64,000 nucleotides of DNA from an uncultured Lentimicrobiaceae bacterium (GCA_964469215.1 CAYXYB010000008.1:14092-78091); one strand, 5' to 3'; shown: positions 47,628 to 57,298, counted from the stretch's first letter. Translations and numbers: made by a program. Notes: a model not told the origin generated them from the letters alone.

Positions 47628-49046
47628 ATGACCATGTATTCCAGTGTTGAAATATTGAGAACCCTATTCTTGGAGACAGCAGGAATGCATCCTGAATTTA
47701 CCGGTGTTATAGAAACAGGTTCCGGATCAAAAAGGACTTATTATCGTCTATCGAATGGCGATATCTCTCTTGTTGGAGTATCGGGCGATAACACTGCCGA
47801 AAATGAAGCGTTCTATTACCTGACCGGCCATTTTCAATCATTTGGTCTTCCTGTCCCTGCAATAAAAGCCATAAGCCTTGACCGCAAGTATTATCTGATT
47901 CAGGATCTTGGCGATACAACTCTTTACAATGTATTGGTGTCATCAGATGAGAAGCAAAAAGAAAAGTTTCTCAAAAAGGCATTGGAGCATCTTGTCAGAT
48001 TTCAGGTTACTGCAATGTCTGGGCTCGATTTTGGGAGATGCTACCCGCGTATGGATTTTGACTTGCAGGCGGGAAAATGGGACATGAACTATTTCAAGTA
48101 TATGTTCCTCAAACCCTTGTTTTCAGATATAAACGAGGACCTTCTGGAAAAAGAGTTTGATATGATTCTCAATGATTTGTTCAATAGCTACTTTTCAGGT
48201 TTTATGTACAGGGATTTTCAGTCGCGCAATATAATGGTTGCTCATAACGGATTATGGTTCATCGATTATCAGGGTGGCAGGTTGGGACCAATAGAATATG
48301 ATCCCGCTTCGTTGCTGTACCAGACCAGGATCTCAGTCCCGCCGGATTTGCGGAAAAGATTGGTGCAATATTACTGCAATCTGCTTAACGAATACAGGCC
48401 TGTAGATGCCGGTATGGTCGGAGCCAGGATACATTCCTTTGCATTGTTGCGGTTGCTTCAGACACTGGGAGCCTATGGGTACCGCGGCCTTTTCGAAAAG
48501 AAAGAAGCGTTTGTGAAACCAATATATCCTGCAATAAAAAACACACTCGAGGTTATCAAAACGATGCCACGACGTCACAAGCCTGAGTATATTGAAACCC
48601 TGCTACATGAAGCCCTACCGGTTTTCAACCGGCAAAATCATGAAAACCAAACACTCACGGTAAATGTAAACAGCTTTTCCTATATGCATGGCATCCCCGA
48701 TGATGAAGCCGGTAACGGTGGTGGCTTTGTTTTCGATTGCAGGGCATTGCCAAACCCACACCACGAGCTACATCTGCGTGAGTATTCAGGTGTCGATATG
48801 GTTATAGCAGACTGGCTGGGCAGCAAGCCTGAAGTGTCTGAATTCCTTGATAATTGTGAATCCCTGGTTAAAAATACTGTTGATGTTTATGTGCAGCGGG
48901 GTTTCACAAACCTTCAGGTGAATTTCGGTTGTACCGGAGGGAAACACAGATCGGTTTATTGTGCTGAAGTGCTTTGTGCCAGGTTGAAACAACATTACGG
49001 AAATATCGTTGTTAAGACTTATCATACAAGATTGAACAGTAACTAA
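47628..49046 (+). CDS. Fusion protein: AmgK-like anomeric amino-sugar kinase (APH fold) plus RapZ C-terminal domain
   Basis: Kinase motifs YRDFQSRNIMV and WFIDYQGGRLGPIEYDPASLL lie at aa 190-235. Aa 342-472 (nt 48651-49046) read SFSYMHGIP...FVFDCRALPNPHH...LREYSGVD...FGCTGGKHRSVYCAE, matching the RapZ C-terminal signatures (LPNP, GCTGGxHRSV). No P-loop is present. Confidence 0.8.
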   Translation: MTMYSSVEILRTLFLETAGMHPEFTGVIETGSGSKRTYYRLSNGDISLVGVSGDNTAENEAFYYLTGHFQSFGLPVPAIKAISLDRKYYLIQDLGDTTLYNVLVSSDEKQKEKFLKKALEHLVRFQVTAMSGLDFGRCYPRMDFDLQAGKWDMNYFKYMFLKPLFSDINEDLLEKEFDMILNDLFNSYFSGFMYRDFQSRNIMVAHNGLWFIDYQGGRLGPIEYDPASLLYQTRISVPPDLRKRLVQYYCNLLNEYRPVDAGMVGARIHSFALLRLLQTLGAYGYRGLFEKKEAFVKPIYPAIKNTLEVIKTMPRRHKPEYIETLLHEALPVFNRQNHENQTLTVNVNSFSYMHGIPDDEAGNGGGFVFDCRALPNPHHELHLREYSGVDMVIADWLGSKPEVSEFLDNCESLVKNTVDVYVQRGFTNLQVNFGCTGGKHRSVYCAEVLCARLKQHYGNIVVKTYHTRLNSN

Positions 49047-49058
49047 TATTCAGATTTT

Positions 49059-49187
49059 GTGACAAAGCATTGTAAGAAAGACAAGTCGGCAAAGGAGGAG
49101 GAGGCTGAATATATTTGCGGCAGATGCGAACGGTTGGCGCGGAAGAAGGATAAGTTGTGCAAACCTGAAAAGATCAGAAAGAAATGA
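49059..49187 (+). CDS. Possible unlisted small ORF (42 codons, Lys/Glu-rich, 4 Cys)
   Basis: GTG at 49059: (M)TKHCKKDKSAKEEEAEYICGRCERLARKKDKLCKPEKIRKK. Its TGA (49185-49187) overlaps the ATG (49184-49186) of the next gene as ATGA. The region is purine-rich, so open frames arise easily by chance. Confidence 0.3.
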   Translation: MTKHCKKDKSAKEEEAEYICGRCERLARKKDKLCKPEKIRKK

Positions 49188-49915
49188 AGGCACTGATATT
49201 GGCAGCCGGTATTGGCAGCCGTCTTAAACCTTTTACTGATACAATGCCAAAGGCTATGGTGACGGTAGCCGGCAAACCAATGATTATGCACGTTGTTGAA
49301 CGACTGGTATCCTTTGGAATAAAAGATTTTGTAGTCAACATCCACCATTTTGCCGGAACGCTGAAAGATTATTTGTCAGAAGCCCTGCCTGGCAATATAA
49401 ACCTGACATTCTCCGACGAAAGTGATAGCTTGCTTGATACAGGTGGTGCACTTAAGAGAGCAAAGAGTTATTTTTATGAAGAGGAATTTTTTATGATACA
49501 CAATGCGGATGTTTGGACCACACTGGATCCTATAGCCCTTGCTATGTATCATCAAAGGTCTGGCGGAGTTGCAACTCTTGCTGTAAGGAACAGGGAGTCA
49601 TCCAGGAAATTGGTTTTCGACAATTCTTTTCATCTATCAGGATGGGAAGATGTTAAAGCGAAAAAGAAAAACATTGTCAAAGAGATTTCCGGACCGGTTA
49701 TGAACCTTGCTTTCAGTGGGGTGCAGATAGTTAGGCCTGTAATTTTCAAATATTTCCCGGAGCATGATTGTTTTCCATTGGTGGAGCTGTACCTGAATGC
49801 TGCCGGCGCCGGTGAAGTGATCTCCGGATTTGTTCATGATGATGACGACTGGTTTGATCTGGGCACACCTGAAAAAATCGAAAAATTGGAACGGACTCTT
49901 TCCGGATTAGTTTAG
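49184..49915 (+). CDS. MurU-like sugar-1-phosphate nucleotidyltransferase
   Basis: MKALILAAGIGSRLKPFTDTMPKAMV (GxGxRL NTP-transferase loop); 243 aa, immediately downstream of the AmgK-like kinase. Confidence 0.8.
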   Translation: MKALILAAGIGSRLKPFTDTMPKAMVTVAGKPMIMHVVERLVSFGIKDFVVNIHHFAGTLKDYLSEALPGNINLTFSDESDSLLDTGGALKRAKSYFYEEEFFMIHNADVWTTLDPIALAMYHQRSGGVATLAVRNRESSRKLVFDNSFHLSGWEDVKAKKKNIVKEISGPVMNLAFSGVQIVRPVIFKYFPEHDCFPLVELYLNAAGAGEVISGFVHDDDDWFDLGTPEKIEKLERTLSGLV

Positions 49916-50033
49916 AGTTTAGTTGTTTAGGGTTATGAGTTATTAATGTTGATTTGTTGATGCCTGAATTATGTTGACCGTTTTTTGGTAATTTTAAGTT
50001 TTGAAGGTTTTAAGTGATATATAAATTTTGTTT

Positions 50034-52895
50034 ATGTATAGTGAATCCGGAGTATCATTTCTAAAACTGCTTGCAGAAGACCTGTTTGCCAGCGATGTTG
50101 ATAGAGAGCCGGTTATCGTTCTGCCGGGAAAGCGTGCCAGGTTGTTTCTCTACAGAGCATGGGCCGGAGTGGCAGGTAAACCTGTCTGGGCACCGAAGAT
50201 CCTGACCATGGAGGAGTTTGTATTCGGCACCCTGAATATGGAACAGGGTGATGATATAGACATTTCTCTTGCCCTATGGGAGATTTGCAAAACCTCTGGT
50301 GATGAAACAATAACCTTCGAAAAATTTTCAGGCTGGGCATCCATCATTTTACGTGATTTTAATGAGGTTGATCTCTTCTTGGCTGACCCTCATCAGGTCT
50401 TCGTCAACCTGCTTGAAGCAAAAGAGTTGCAGATGTGGGTTCCGGGTGAAGAGAAGGAGCTTTCGGAATTTGAGTTGAATTATATCGGTTTTTACGGTCA
50501 CTTGCTGCAATGGTATACCGGGTTGAAGGAGATGTTGAAAAAAAAGGGGAGAGCCTATCAGGGCATGGCCTTCAGGATGCTGGCTGAGGATTCTTCTCTT
50601 CTTCTTGAAAAGTGTCAGAGCAAGAAAATTATATTTGCCGGCTTCAATGCTTTTACCCCTTCGGAAGAAAAGATTATCAACAATTTAAACAGAGCAGGGA
50701 TTGCGCAACTGCGATGGGATACCGACAGTTGGTATCTCGATGTCGAAGGCCAGGAAGCAGGATATTTCCTTCGCAAATGGCGAAAACAACACCCTGATGC
50801 AACTTTCAGGTGGATTGGCAACACCCTTTCAACCGGAAGGAAAAAAATTTCCGTTTATGGTGTTCATGGTTCAAGGGCACAGGCTCATCTTGCAGGTGAG
50901 CTGCTGAGAGATGTGGAACAGGCATCCACATCCGTAGCTGTTGTGCTTCCGGATGACACCCTTCTGATGCCGGTGCTGAATGCCATTCCTCCAGAGATAC
51001 AGAGGTTTAATGTTACGATGGGGATGCCTTTCAGGCAAACACCGGCTCTTTCGTGGCTGCAATTGAACCTGCGACTATTTACACCTGTTGGCAATAAACA
51101 ACAGGTTTGGGTAAGGGTTACAGACCTGATTCCGGTATTGAGGCACCCATGGTTCATGATGATGGTTCAGGATGATGCCCATAAAACTTTAAATTTATCT
51201 GCCCCGGTTTCTTTCCTGAAGCTGAGGTTCTATCGCACCAACGATCTTGCAGAGTTGTATCGCACTGCCTTTCCCATTGCCAGAGAACTGTTGGATCAAT
51301 ATTTTTGCCCTGTAACGAGCCCTGAAGATTTTATTAATAAGATGGAGCTAACACTGAGAGTGCTTCTTGACAATGGCTCTCTGGCCGCAAACCCATTTGA
51401 CCAGGGAGCAGTATATGAATCTTTAAGGATCCTGAACACTGTCCGGGAAGCCATTAAACCTACAGAAACAACCGAAGAGGGATTTGTCATGCTGCGATAC
51501 TTTATGAGCCGCTTGCTGCAGGCAGCCTCAATACCTTTTACCGGCGAACCGCTGGAAGGGATCCAGATCCTTGGCCTGTTGGAAACACGAAACCTCGACT
51601 TTAAACACGTGATTCTCCTCTCAGCAAATGAAGGGGTAATCCCTGCAGGACGCAAATCCCCGACTCTAATTCCCACAGATATCAGAAAACATCATAACCT
51701 TCCCGGAGTTCAGCATCAGGATGCCATCTTCGCATACCACTTCTATCACCTTATTCAGCGTGCAGAAACAATTGATATTCTCTACAACACTGATCTTTCT
51801 TCGAATTTCTCCGGCGAAATATCGAGGTTCATCAGGCAGATTGAAGCAGAACTCATCCCTGCAAATCCGTCAATTGAATATAAACATATGAGGCTTAGTA
51901 ATGAGATAAGGAGAGGGGGATCAGGACTGTCTCTGACAATTGACAAAAGTGAGATTGTTTTTGATGCTCTTAAGGATAAGCTTGAAAACCATGGGCTTTC
52001 ACCTTCGCAGATATGCAGGTATATCAAATGCCCGTTAATGTTCTATTTCTCCTTTGTTGCAGCTCTGGGTGAACCGTCCGACATCGAAGAGACACTTGAT
52101 GCCGGGGAAATGGGAACATTGGTTCATGACGTACTGAGGGAAATATATAAAACGGATCACAGCGATGGAGGCCGGAAAGTGAACAATACTGAAGCTACAG
52201 GCATAGAAATAACAGTGGACTTCATTACAGATTCAATTGCTGAAACTAAGAGTATTGTGCTTGATGAGATGCAGAAACATCTTGGAGGGAGCAGTGAAAT
52301 AACCGGAAAGAACCTCATTATTTCTGAAGTTGCGGAGTTCATGATTAGGCGCCACCTTGAAAACGAAAAAGATCTTGTGGATAACCACACAATCAGAATT
52401 ATCGATGTTGAACAAAAGCTCAAAGGTTCTCTCATTGTATTGGCAGGTGAGGAGAGAGTTGAAGTTAAATTAAAAGGAGTTGCAGACCGTATTGATATTT
52501 ATGACGGTGTTTTAAGGATAACAGATTATAAAACCGGCAAAGTTGAACCGAAAGATCTTAATTTCTCTTCGATTGCTGATCTTTTCAGCAATCCAAAGTA
52601 CGAAAAAGCTTTGCAGCTTATGTTTTACTGCCTGCTTTTTTCCGGCACATCAACAGGCAAGGCTCTCAGATCGGGGATATTTGTCCTGAAAAGCCCATCG
52701 TTATTTTACCTGGAAATGAAAGCTCTCAGTGAAGCAACAGCGGAAGACACAGCAGCACTGCTTAGTGATTTTGAGAATGGACTGATGTCGTTTTGTTCGG
52801 AACTGCTTGATCGCAGTATCCCTTTCAGCCAGACTGATGACCCGGAAATTTGCAGGTTGTGCTCATATTACCCCATCTGCCTTACCGAATGCTGA
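50034..52895 (+). CDS. PD-(D/E)xK nuclease family protein, AddB-like with Fe-S cysteines
   Basis: C-terminal DRIDIY...RITDYKTGK nuclease motif, with Cys ligands YIKCP... and CRLCSYYPIC. About 950 aa. A TTG at 50028 is also possible. Confidence 0.75.
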   Translation: MYSESGVSFLKLLAEDLFASDVDREPVIVLPGKRARLFLYRAWAGVAGKPVWAPKILTMEEFVFGTLNMEQGDDIDISLALWEICKTSGDETITFEKFSGWASIILRDFNEVDLFLADPHQVFVNLLEAKELQMWVPGEEKELSEFELNYIGFYGHLLQWYTGLKEMLKKKGRAYQGMAFRMLAEDSSLLLEKCQSKKIIFAGFNAFTPSEEKIINNLNRAGIAQLRWDTDSWYLDVEGQEAGYFLRKWRKQHPDATFRWIGNTLSTGRKKISVYGVHGSRAQAHLAGELLRDVEQASTSVAVVLPDDTLLMPVLNAIPPEIQRFNVTMGMPFRQTPALSWLQLNLRLFTPVGNKQQVWVRVTDLIPVLRHPWFMMMVQDDAHKTLNLSAPVSFLKLRFYRTNDLAELYRTAFPIARELLDQYFCPVTSPEDFINKMELTLRVLLDNGSLAANPFDQGAVYESLRILNTVREAIKPTETTEEGFVMLRYFMSRLLQAASIPFTGEPLEGIQILGLLETRNLDFKHVILLSANEGVIPAGRKSPTLIPTDIRKHHNLPGVQHQDAIFAYHFYHLIQRAETIDILYNTDLSSNFSGEISRFIRQIEAELIPANPSIEYKHMRLSNEIRRGGSGLSLTIDKSEIVFDALKDKLENHGLSPSQICRYIKCPLMFYFSFVAALGEPSDIEETLDAGEMGTLVHDVLREIYKTDHSDGGRKVNNTEATGIEITVDFITDSIAETKSIVLDEMQKHLGGSSEITGKNLIISEVAEFMIRRHLENEKDLVDNHTIRIIDVEQKLKGSLIVLAGEERVEVKLKGVADRIDIYDGVLRITDYKTGKVEPKDLNFSSIADLFSNPKYEKALQLMFYCLLFSGTSTGKALRSGIFVLKSPSLFYLEMKALSEATAEDTAALLSDFENGLMSFCSELLDRSIPFSQTDDPEICRLCSYYPICLTEC

Positions 52896-53714
52896 GCGGC
52901 TTCTGGCAATAAAAAACGGGTTGCGGAGGTTGGGCTTGTTGTATATCAGCGGCATGCCATCTTCAGTATTTAAAATTTCTCCCCCTGATGCCCGGATTAT
53001 GGCATCCCCGGCTGCTGTGTCCCATTCCATTGTTGGCCCGAACCTTGGGTAGAGGTCGGCAGTGCCATCAGCAATCAGGCAAAGTTTAAGGCTACTTCCT
53101 TTGCTGACAAGCTCATAATCTCGATGATCTCCTGTGTTTTCTTCTATGTATCTTCGGGTTGCCTCGTTCATGTGGCTTCTGCTGGCAACGATACGAAACG
53201 GCCTTGTGGCTGGAGGGAAGGGGAGGGGTGTGCTATTCCCAGGTATTTCCGTCACAATATCTTTAAGTATACCACCCGAAAAGAAGGCTCCCGATTTCAT
53301 GGTTCCGAACCAGAGCAGGTCGGGTACCGGGGCATACACAACCCCCAAAACAGGTACGCCATCTTCAACCAGAGCTATGTTAACGGTGAATTCGTCGTTT
53401 CTGCCAATAAACTCCTTTGTGCCGTCAAGCGGGTCAACAAGCCAGAACAGACGCCATTGTCGTCTCTCTTTATAATCTGTCTTGCTCCCTTCCTCACTGA
53501 GTAACGGCACTGCAGTGGAACCCAGTAATTCTGTGATCACTTCATGTGCCCTCATGTCAGCCAGTGTAACAGGGCTCAGGTCCCTTTTAAGCCTTACCCT
53601 GAACCTTCGACTGTGGTATACTTCAAGGATCCTTTCGCCAGCAACAATAGCTGCACCTATTGCTGTATGCAGCAAATGTTGTTCGTTATAAACAGGTGGT
53701 GAGGTGTTTGGCAT
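52863..53714 (-). CDS. cysQ: 3'(2'),5'-bisphosphate nucleotidase
   Basis: SEEG, WLVDPLDGTKEF and WDTAAGDAI inositol-monophosphatase-family motifs. Confidence 0.85.
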   Translation of the reverse strand: MPNTSPPVYNEQHLLHTAIGAAIVAGERILEVYHSRRFRVRLKRDLSPVTLADMRAHEVITELLGSTAVPLLSEEGSKTDYKERRQWRLFWLVDPLDGTKEFIGRNDEFTVNIALVEDGVPVLGVVYAPVPDLLWFGTMKSGAFFSGGILKDIVTEIPGNSTPLPFPPATRPFRIVASRSHMNEATRRYIEENTGDHRDYELVSKGSSLKLCLIADGTADLYPRFGPTMEWDTAAGDAIIRASGGEILNTEDGMPLIYNKPNLRNPFFIARSRSAFGKADGVI

Positions 53715-53855
53715 CGGGATTAAAAAGTGATTGATGAAAGTTGGTTTATCAAGAGAGATACTTTGTGGGCAAAGGTATTATAATATAAGAATAAGCGTTG
53801 AGCTTAATGATACATAAAAACCCTAATTTTATCCCAAATTAAATATCCATTTGCA

Positions 53856-54659
53856 ATGATCAAAAGTTTGCTTTCTTTAAAACTATTGATTATGTGTTTG
53901 TTGGCTGTAAAATTTCAAATTTTTGCACAGATCAACCCTAAAGAAACCTGCAGGTTGATGGATTCCCTGCTGTCACAAACTGCATTCCACGATTCACTAT
54001 ACAATGTTCACACTGCTGAGACTTTCTTTCAGCTTGATATTGTCAAACAGCAGATTGACCTTACCAATATTGATAATGGTTTGCTGAATGCTGCAGTGTT
54101 TTATGCTACAAATGAGGTGAGGGTGAAAAAAAGGCGAAAGGAGTTTCTGTTTCATCCGGTGATCAGAGATGCCGCATTCAGCCACTCGATCCAGATGGCT
54201 TATAACAAATTTTACAGCCATATCAATGGAAAGGTGAAGGCTTTCCGCAAGGTGAATGACAGAGTTAAATTTTTTGCAGATAGAACAGATGGTTTTTCCG
54301 GGTTCAGATCGCTTTTAGGTGCCGAAAACATAGCAATAACACCTTTTCATAATATAAGGAATAATGAAAAGTTTCAGTACATAAAATCAGGAGATGAACA
54401 TATTCCATATAAAGTTAATGCTATGGGTAAACCTTTGGAGCCTTTGGAGATGCATACCTATGAGTCGTTCGCAAAAGCACTGGTGTCTGCCTGGATGAAT
54501 TCAAAAGGCCACCGGCAAAACATCCTTAACAGCCGTTACGTATATCTTGGCACCGGTGTAATGCCTGACCCGCTAACCATCAGGGATAAAACAATGCCAA
54601 TGGCAAAATCAGCTCAATGTTTTTCAGCTTTGACATACAATACTGCCCGTCCGATTTGA
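53856..54659 (+). CDS. Secreted CAP/SCP/PR1-like domain protein
   Basis: Signal peptide and WMNSKGHRQNILNSRYVYLGTGV. Confidence 0.7.
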   Translation: MIKSLLSLKLLIMCLLAVKFQIFAQINPKETCRLMDSLLSQTAFHDSLYNVHTAETFFQLDIVKQQIDLTNIDNGLLNAAVFYATNEVRVKKRRKEFLFHPVIRDAAFSHSIQMAYNKFYSHINGKVKAFRKVNDRVKFFADRTDGFSGFRSLLGAENIAITPFHNIRNNEKFQYIKSGDEHIPYKVNAMGKPLEPLEMHTYESFAKALVSAWMNSKGHRQNILNSRYVYLGTGVMPDPLTIRDKTMPMAKSAQCFSALTYNTARPI

Positions 54660-54730
54660 CAGCAGTCATATGAATACAAAATACGATTTTAATAAGTTAC
54701 CTTTATAATGACCCCCAAAACCCTTAATCA

Positions 54731-55243
54731 ATGAAAGTTAATGTTGCTGCTGGAGATTATATAAGGATGTTGAAGCTTGAACCTCACATCGAAGGCGGTT
54801 ATTTCAGGGAGTTGTACAGGAATGATTCATTAATAACTGTAATGCAGAATGATGCGGGTAATTCTGACGAGAGAAATCTTGCCACAACCATCTATTTCCT
54901 TCTTCGTTCGGGGGAAACCTCGAAGTTTCATGAACTGAAATCTGATGAGATCTGGTTTTATCACACCGGTGGCCACCTCACAGTTCATCAGATTTATCCG
55001 GATGGTGCTCTTGTCAATACTGTAATGGGAAATGATGTCTCTTCCGGACAGGTGCCCCAGCTAATCATCCCTGCCGGTGTTATTTTCGGCGCTGAGGTTC
55101 AGGGTTCTGACACATTTGCCCTCGTAAGCTGTATGGTTGCACCCGGGTTCGACTACCGCGATTTCAGGTTGTGTGATTCGGATGACCTGTTGACACGGTT
55201 TCCGATTTACAGGGAGGTAATCGGGAGAATAAATCTTATTTAG
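54731..55243 (+). CDS. Cupin (DUF985-like) protein
   Basis: LKLEPHIEGGYFRELYR and later WFYHTGG; 170 aa. Confidence 0.75.
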   Translation: MKVNVAAGDYIRMLKLEPHIEGGYFRELYRNDSLITVMQNDAGNSDERNLATTIYFLLRSGETSKFHELKSDEIWFYHTGGHLTVHQIYPDGALVNTVMGNDVSSGQVPQLIIPAGVIFGAEVQGSDTFALVSCMVAPGFDYRDFRLCDSDDLLTRFPIYREVIGRINLI

Positions 55244-55264
55244 CGGCTCTTTATAATATTCAGC

Positions 55265-57298
55265 TTAATGAACCGGATAGTCGATATATAAAGCCGGCAT
55301 TTCACGTGATCCGGGGTTTTTTATGAGGTAAAACTCGAACCATTCGAGGGTGCGCACAAGGTAATCATACCTGTTTATGTTCTTGATATTGCCATGCCCT
55401 TCACCCGGATAGCGTACAAACCTCACCGGGGCTTTGCCGTGTATTTTTAGCCCCCTGTAAAGTTCAAGCCCCTGAGATACCGGTATTCTGGGGTCATCAT
55501 CACCATGAAGTATCAGTGTGGGTGTCTGGCTAAGTGTTACATATTTTACAGGGCTTGCATCCCATACCTTTTTCCAGTTTTCCCACGTCCAATAACCCCA
55601 GTGAACGTGATAGTCCTCATAAGGAATGTCGGTGATTTTTCTTTTCGACAACTGGTTTGAGATACCGACGAAAACAACTGATGCCGCGAACCTTTCGCTA
55701 TGCTTTGTTGCGGACCATGCAGCAAAAAAACCGCCGTATGAGCCTCCCCCGATACCGATCCTGTCTTTGTCGGCAAGTCCTCGTTTTATAAGATGGTCGA
55801 TTCCATCCAGCACATCGTCATATTCGGCTCCAAGCAGGTCTCCGTAACCTGCCATTGTGAACTCAACACCTCTGCCCGAACCAGCCCTGTAATTTGGTGA
55901 AAACACAAAAAAGCCTCTGGATGCAGCAAACTGGCCCCATTGTGAATACCCGTTGTTCCATCCGTTTTTAACACAAGCCTCAGGGCCGCCGTGGATGTAC
56001 ACGATAACCGGATATTTCTTTCCCTCCTCGTATTCCAACGGATAGACCAATACACCGTCAATAATCTTTCCGTCTCGGGCAGCCCAGGTGATCTTCTCCT
56101 GTCGTGCCAGTGAAACATCATTCAACCATGGATCATTATGTTTAGAGATTCTTTGTAAGGTTTTTTTACGCAAATCATAATGCATCAACTCATTTGGATG
56201 CTGTGATGTATTACCGGAAAAATACAGATTGCCACCATTCATTGATACATTATAAAACACAATCTGCCCACCTGAAATTACAGTTTCTCTTTTCTTCTCT
56301 TTTATCATATATCTGGTCAGAGTGATATCGACACTCTCTTCAGAACTGTAAAGCAGCCTGTTATTATCTTCCCATATCACGTCAATCACTGAAAGTTCAA
56401 GACCCTTAACAAGATTTGTGAGATCCTCGAAGTTGACATTCTCCTGATAAGTGTCCATTACAAAAAGGCTCCCACAAACTGCATCATTGAGCGATGAGGC
56501 TGCGAGAAATGCCAGATTGCGGCTGTCAGGACTCCATACCATCTTTTCCAGTTTGCCCTGGTTGTTGAGCTTGCTGATAATTTTTCCGGTCGTTGCATCA
56601 ATTATGTGGATCTTCTTAAACATATATTCATAATCGACGAGATTTTTTTCTGATATTGCGGCAGCAATCCTGGTGCCGTCAGGTGAAACGGTAAAATCAA
56701 ATACAGTGAGATTATCAACGAGTTTTGTTGCCTCTCCAGTTGATATATTGTACCTGAACAATTCCAGGTGCCTTAGCTCCTCTTCAAAGACGTAGAGGTC
56801 AAACCCCTGTTTCAGTAGCCTTTGTTTGTCCGGATTGTGTGGTTGTAAAGCTGTGAGGGCAATCGTGTTTGCATTGATGAATTGATATGAGTTTACTGGC
56901 CTTGGAAAGTCGGTAAGCTGAGTGATGTTTTTGTCGCTGATCCGGATGCTGAAAACCTGATTTCCTTTACCCCCTTCGATCACCTGCCTGAAGCTTACCT
57001 CTTCTTTTCCTGGCACCCACGAAATGCCGGAAACATCTACTTTGCCTGTAATGAGGGGAATTGTGTTAAATTTCTTTACATCATAAATATACAGCTCCCG
57101 ATAGAATTTTCCCACTCCTTCACTAATGTCAACAGGCATTAAAAGCACGTATGCAATCCAATTGCCATTGTCGGAAACAGAAACTTCTGTTACGTTTTTG
57201 ATCCGGGATAAATGTTCGGGCTTCAGGCCGTTATTGCCGTAAACATTAGTGATAACGGCAATAGAAAACATCGATAATAAAACAATAAGTTTTTTCAT
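55265..57298 (-). CDS. S9-family serine peptidase (prolyl oligopeptidase/DPP-like) with N-terminal beta-propeller
   Basis: GGSYGGFF nucleophile motif, C-terminal ...DDPRIP...GEGHG, and signal peptide. Confidence 0.85.
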   Translation of the reverse strand: MKKLIVLLSMFSIAVITNVYGNNGLKPEHLSRIKNVTEVSVSDNGNWIAYVLLMPVDISEGVGKFYRELYIYDVKKFNTIPLITGKVDVSGISWVPGKEEVSFRQVIEGGKGNQVFSIRISDKNITQLTDFPRPVNSYQFINANTIALTALQPHNPDKQRLLKQGFDLYVFEEELRHLELFRYNISTGEATKLVDNLTVFDFTVSPDGTRIAAAISEKNLVDYEYMFKKIHIIDATTGKIISKLNNQGKLEKMVWSPDSRNLAFLAASSLNDAVCGSLFVMDTYQENVNFEDLTNLVKGLELSVIDVIWEDNNRLLYSSEESVDITLTRYMIKEKKRETVISGGQIVFYNVSMNGGNLYFSGNTSQHPNELMHYDLRKKTLQRISKHNDPWLNDVSLARQEKITWAARDGKIIDGVLVYPLEYEEGKKYPVIVYIHGGPEACVKNGWNNGYSQWGQFAASRGFFVFSPNYRAGSGRGVEFTMAGYGDLLGAEYDDVLDGIDHLIKRGLADKDRIGIGGGSYGGFFAAWSATKHSERFAASVVFVGISNQLSKRKITDIPYEDYHVHWGYWTWENWKKVWDASPVKYVTLSQTPTLILHGDDDPRIPVSQGLELYRGLKIHGKAPVRFVRYPGEGHGNIKNINRYDYLVRTLEWFEFYLIKNPGSREMPALYIDYPVH

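Noticed and set aside
49091-49104. AAAGGAGGAGGAGG as a Shine-Dalgarno site for the MurU-like gene
   Set aside because: It lies about 80 nt upstream of ATG 49184, too far to act as its ribosome-binding site. Bacteroidota generally make little use of SD pairing. It is more likely coding (KEEE) or incidental.
49043-49348. 101-aa minus-strand ORF covering the kinase-MurU spacer
   Set aside because: It is antisense to the well-supported MurU-like N-terminus and has no motifs. It is likely a shadow ORF.
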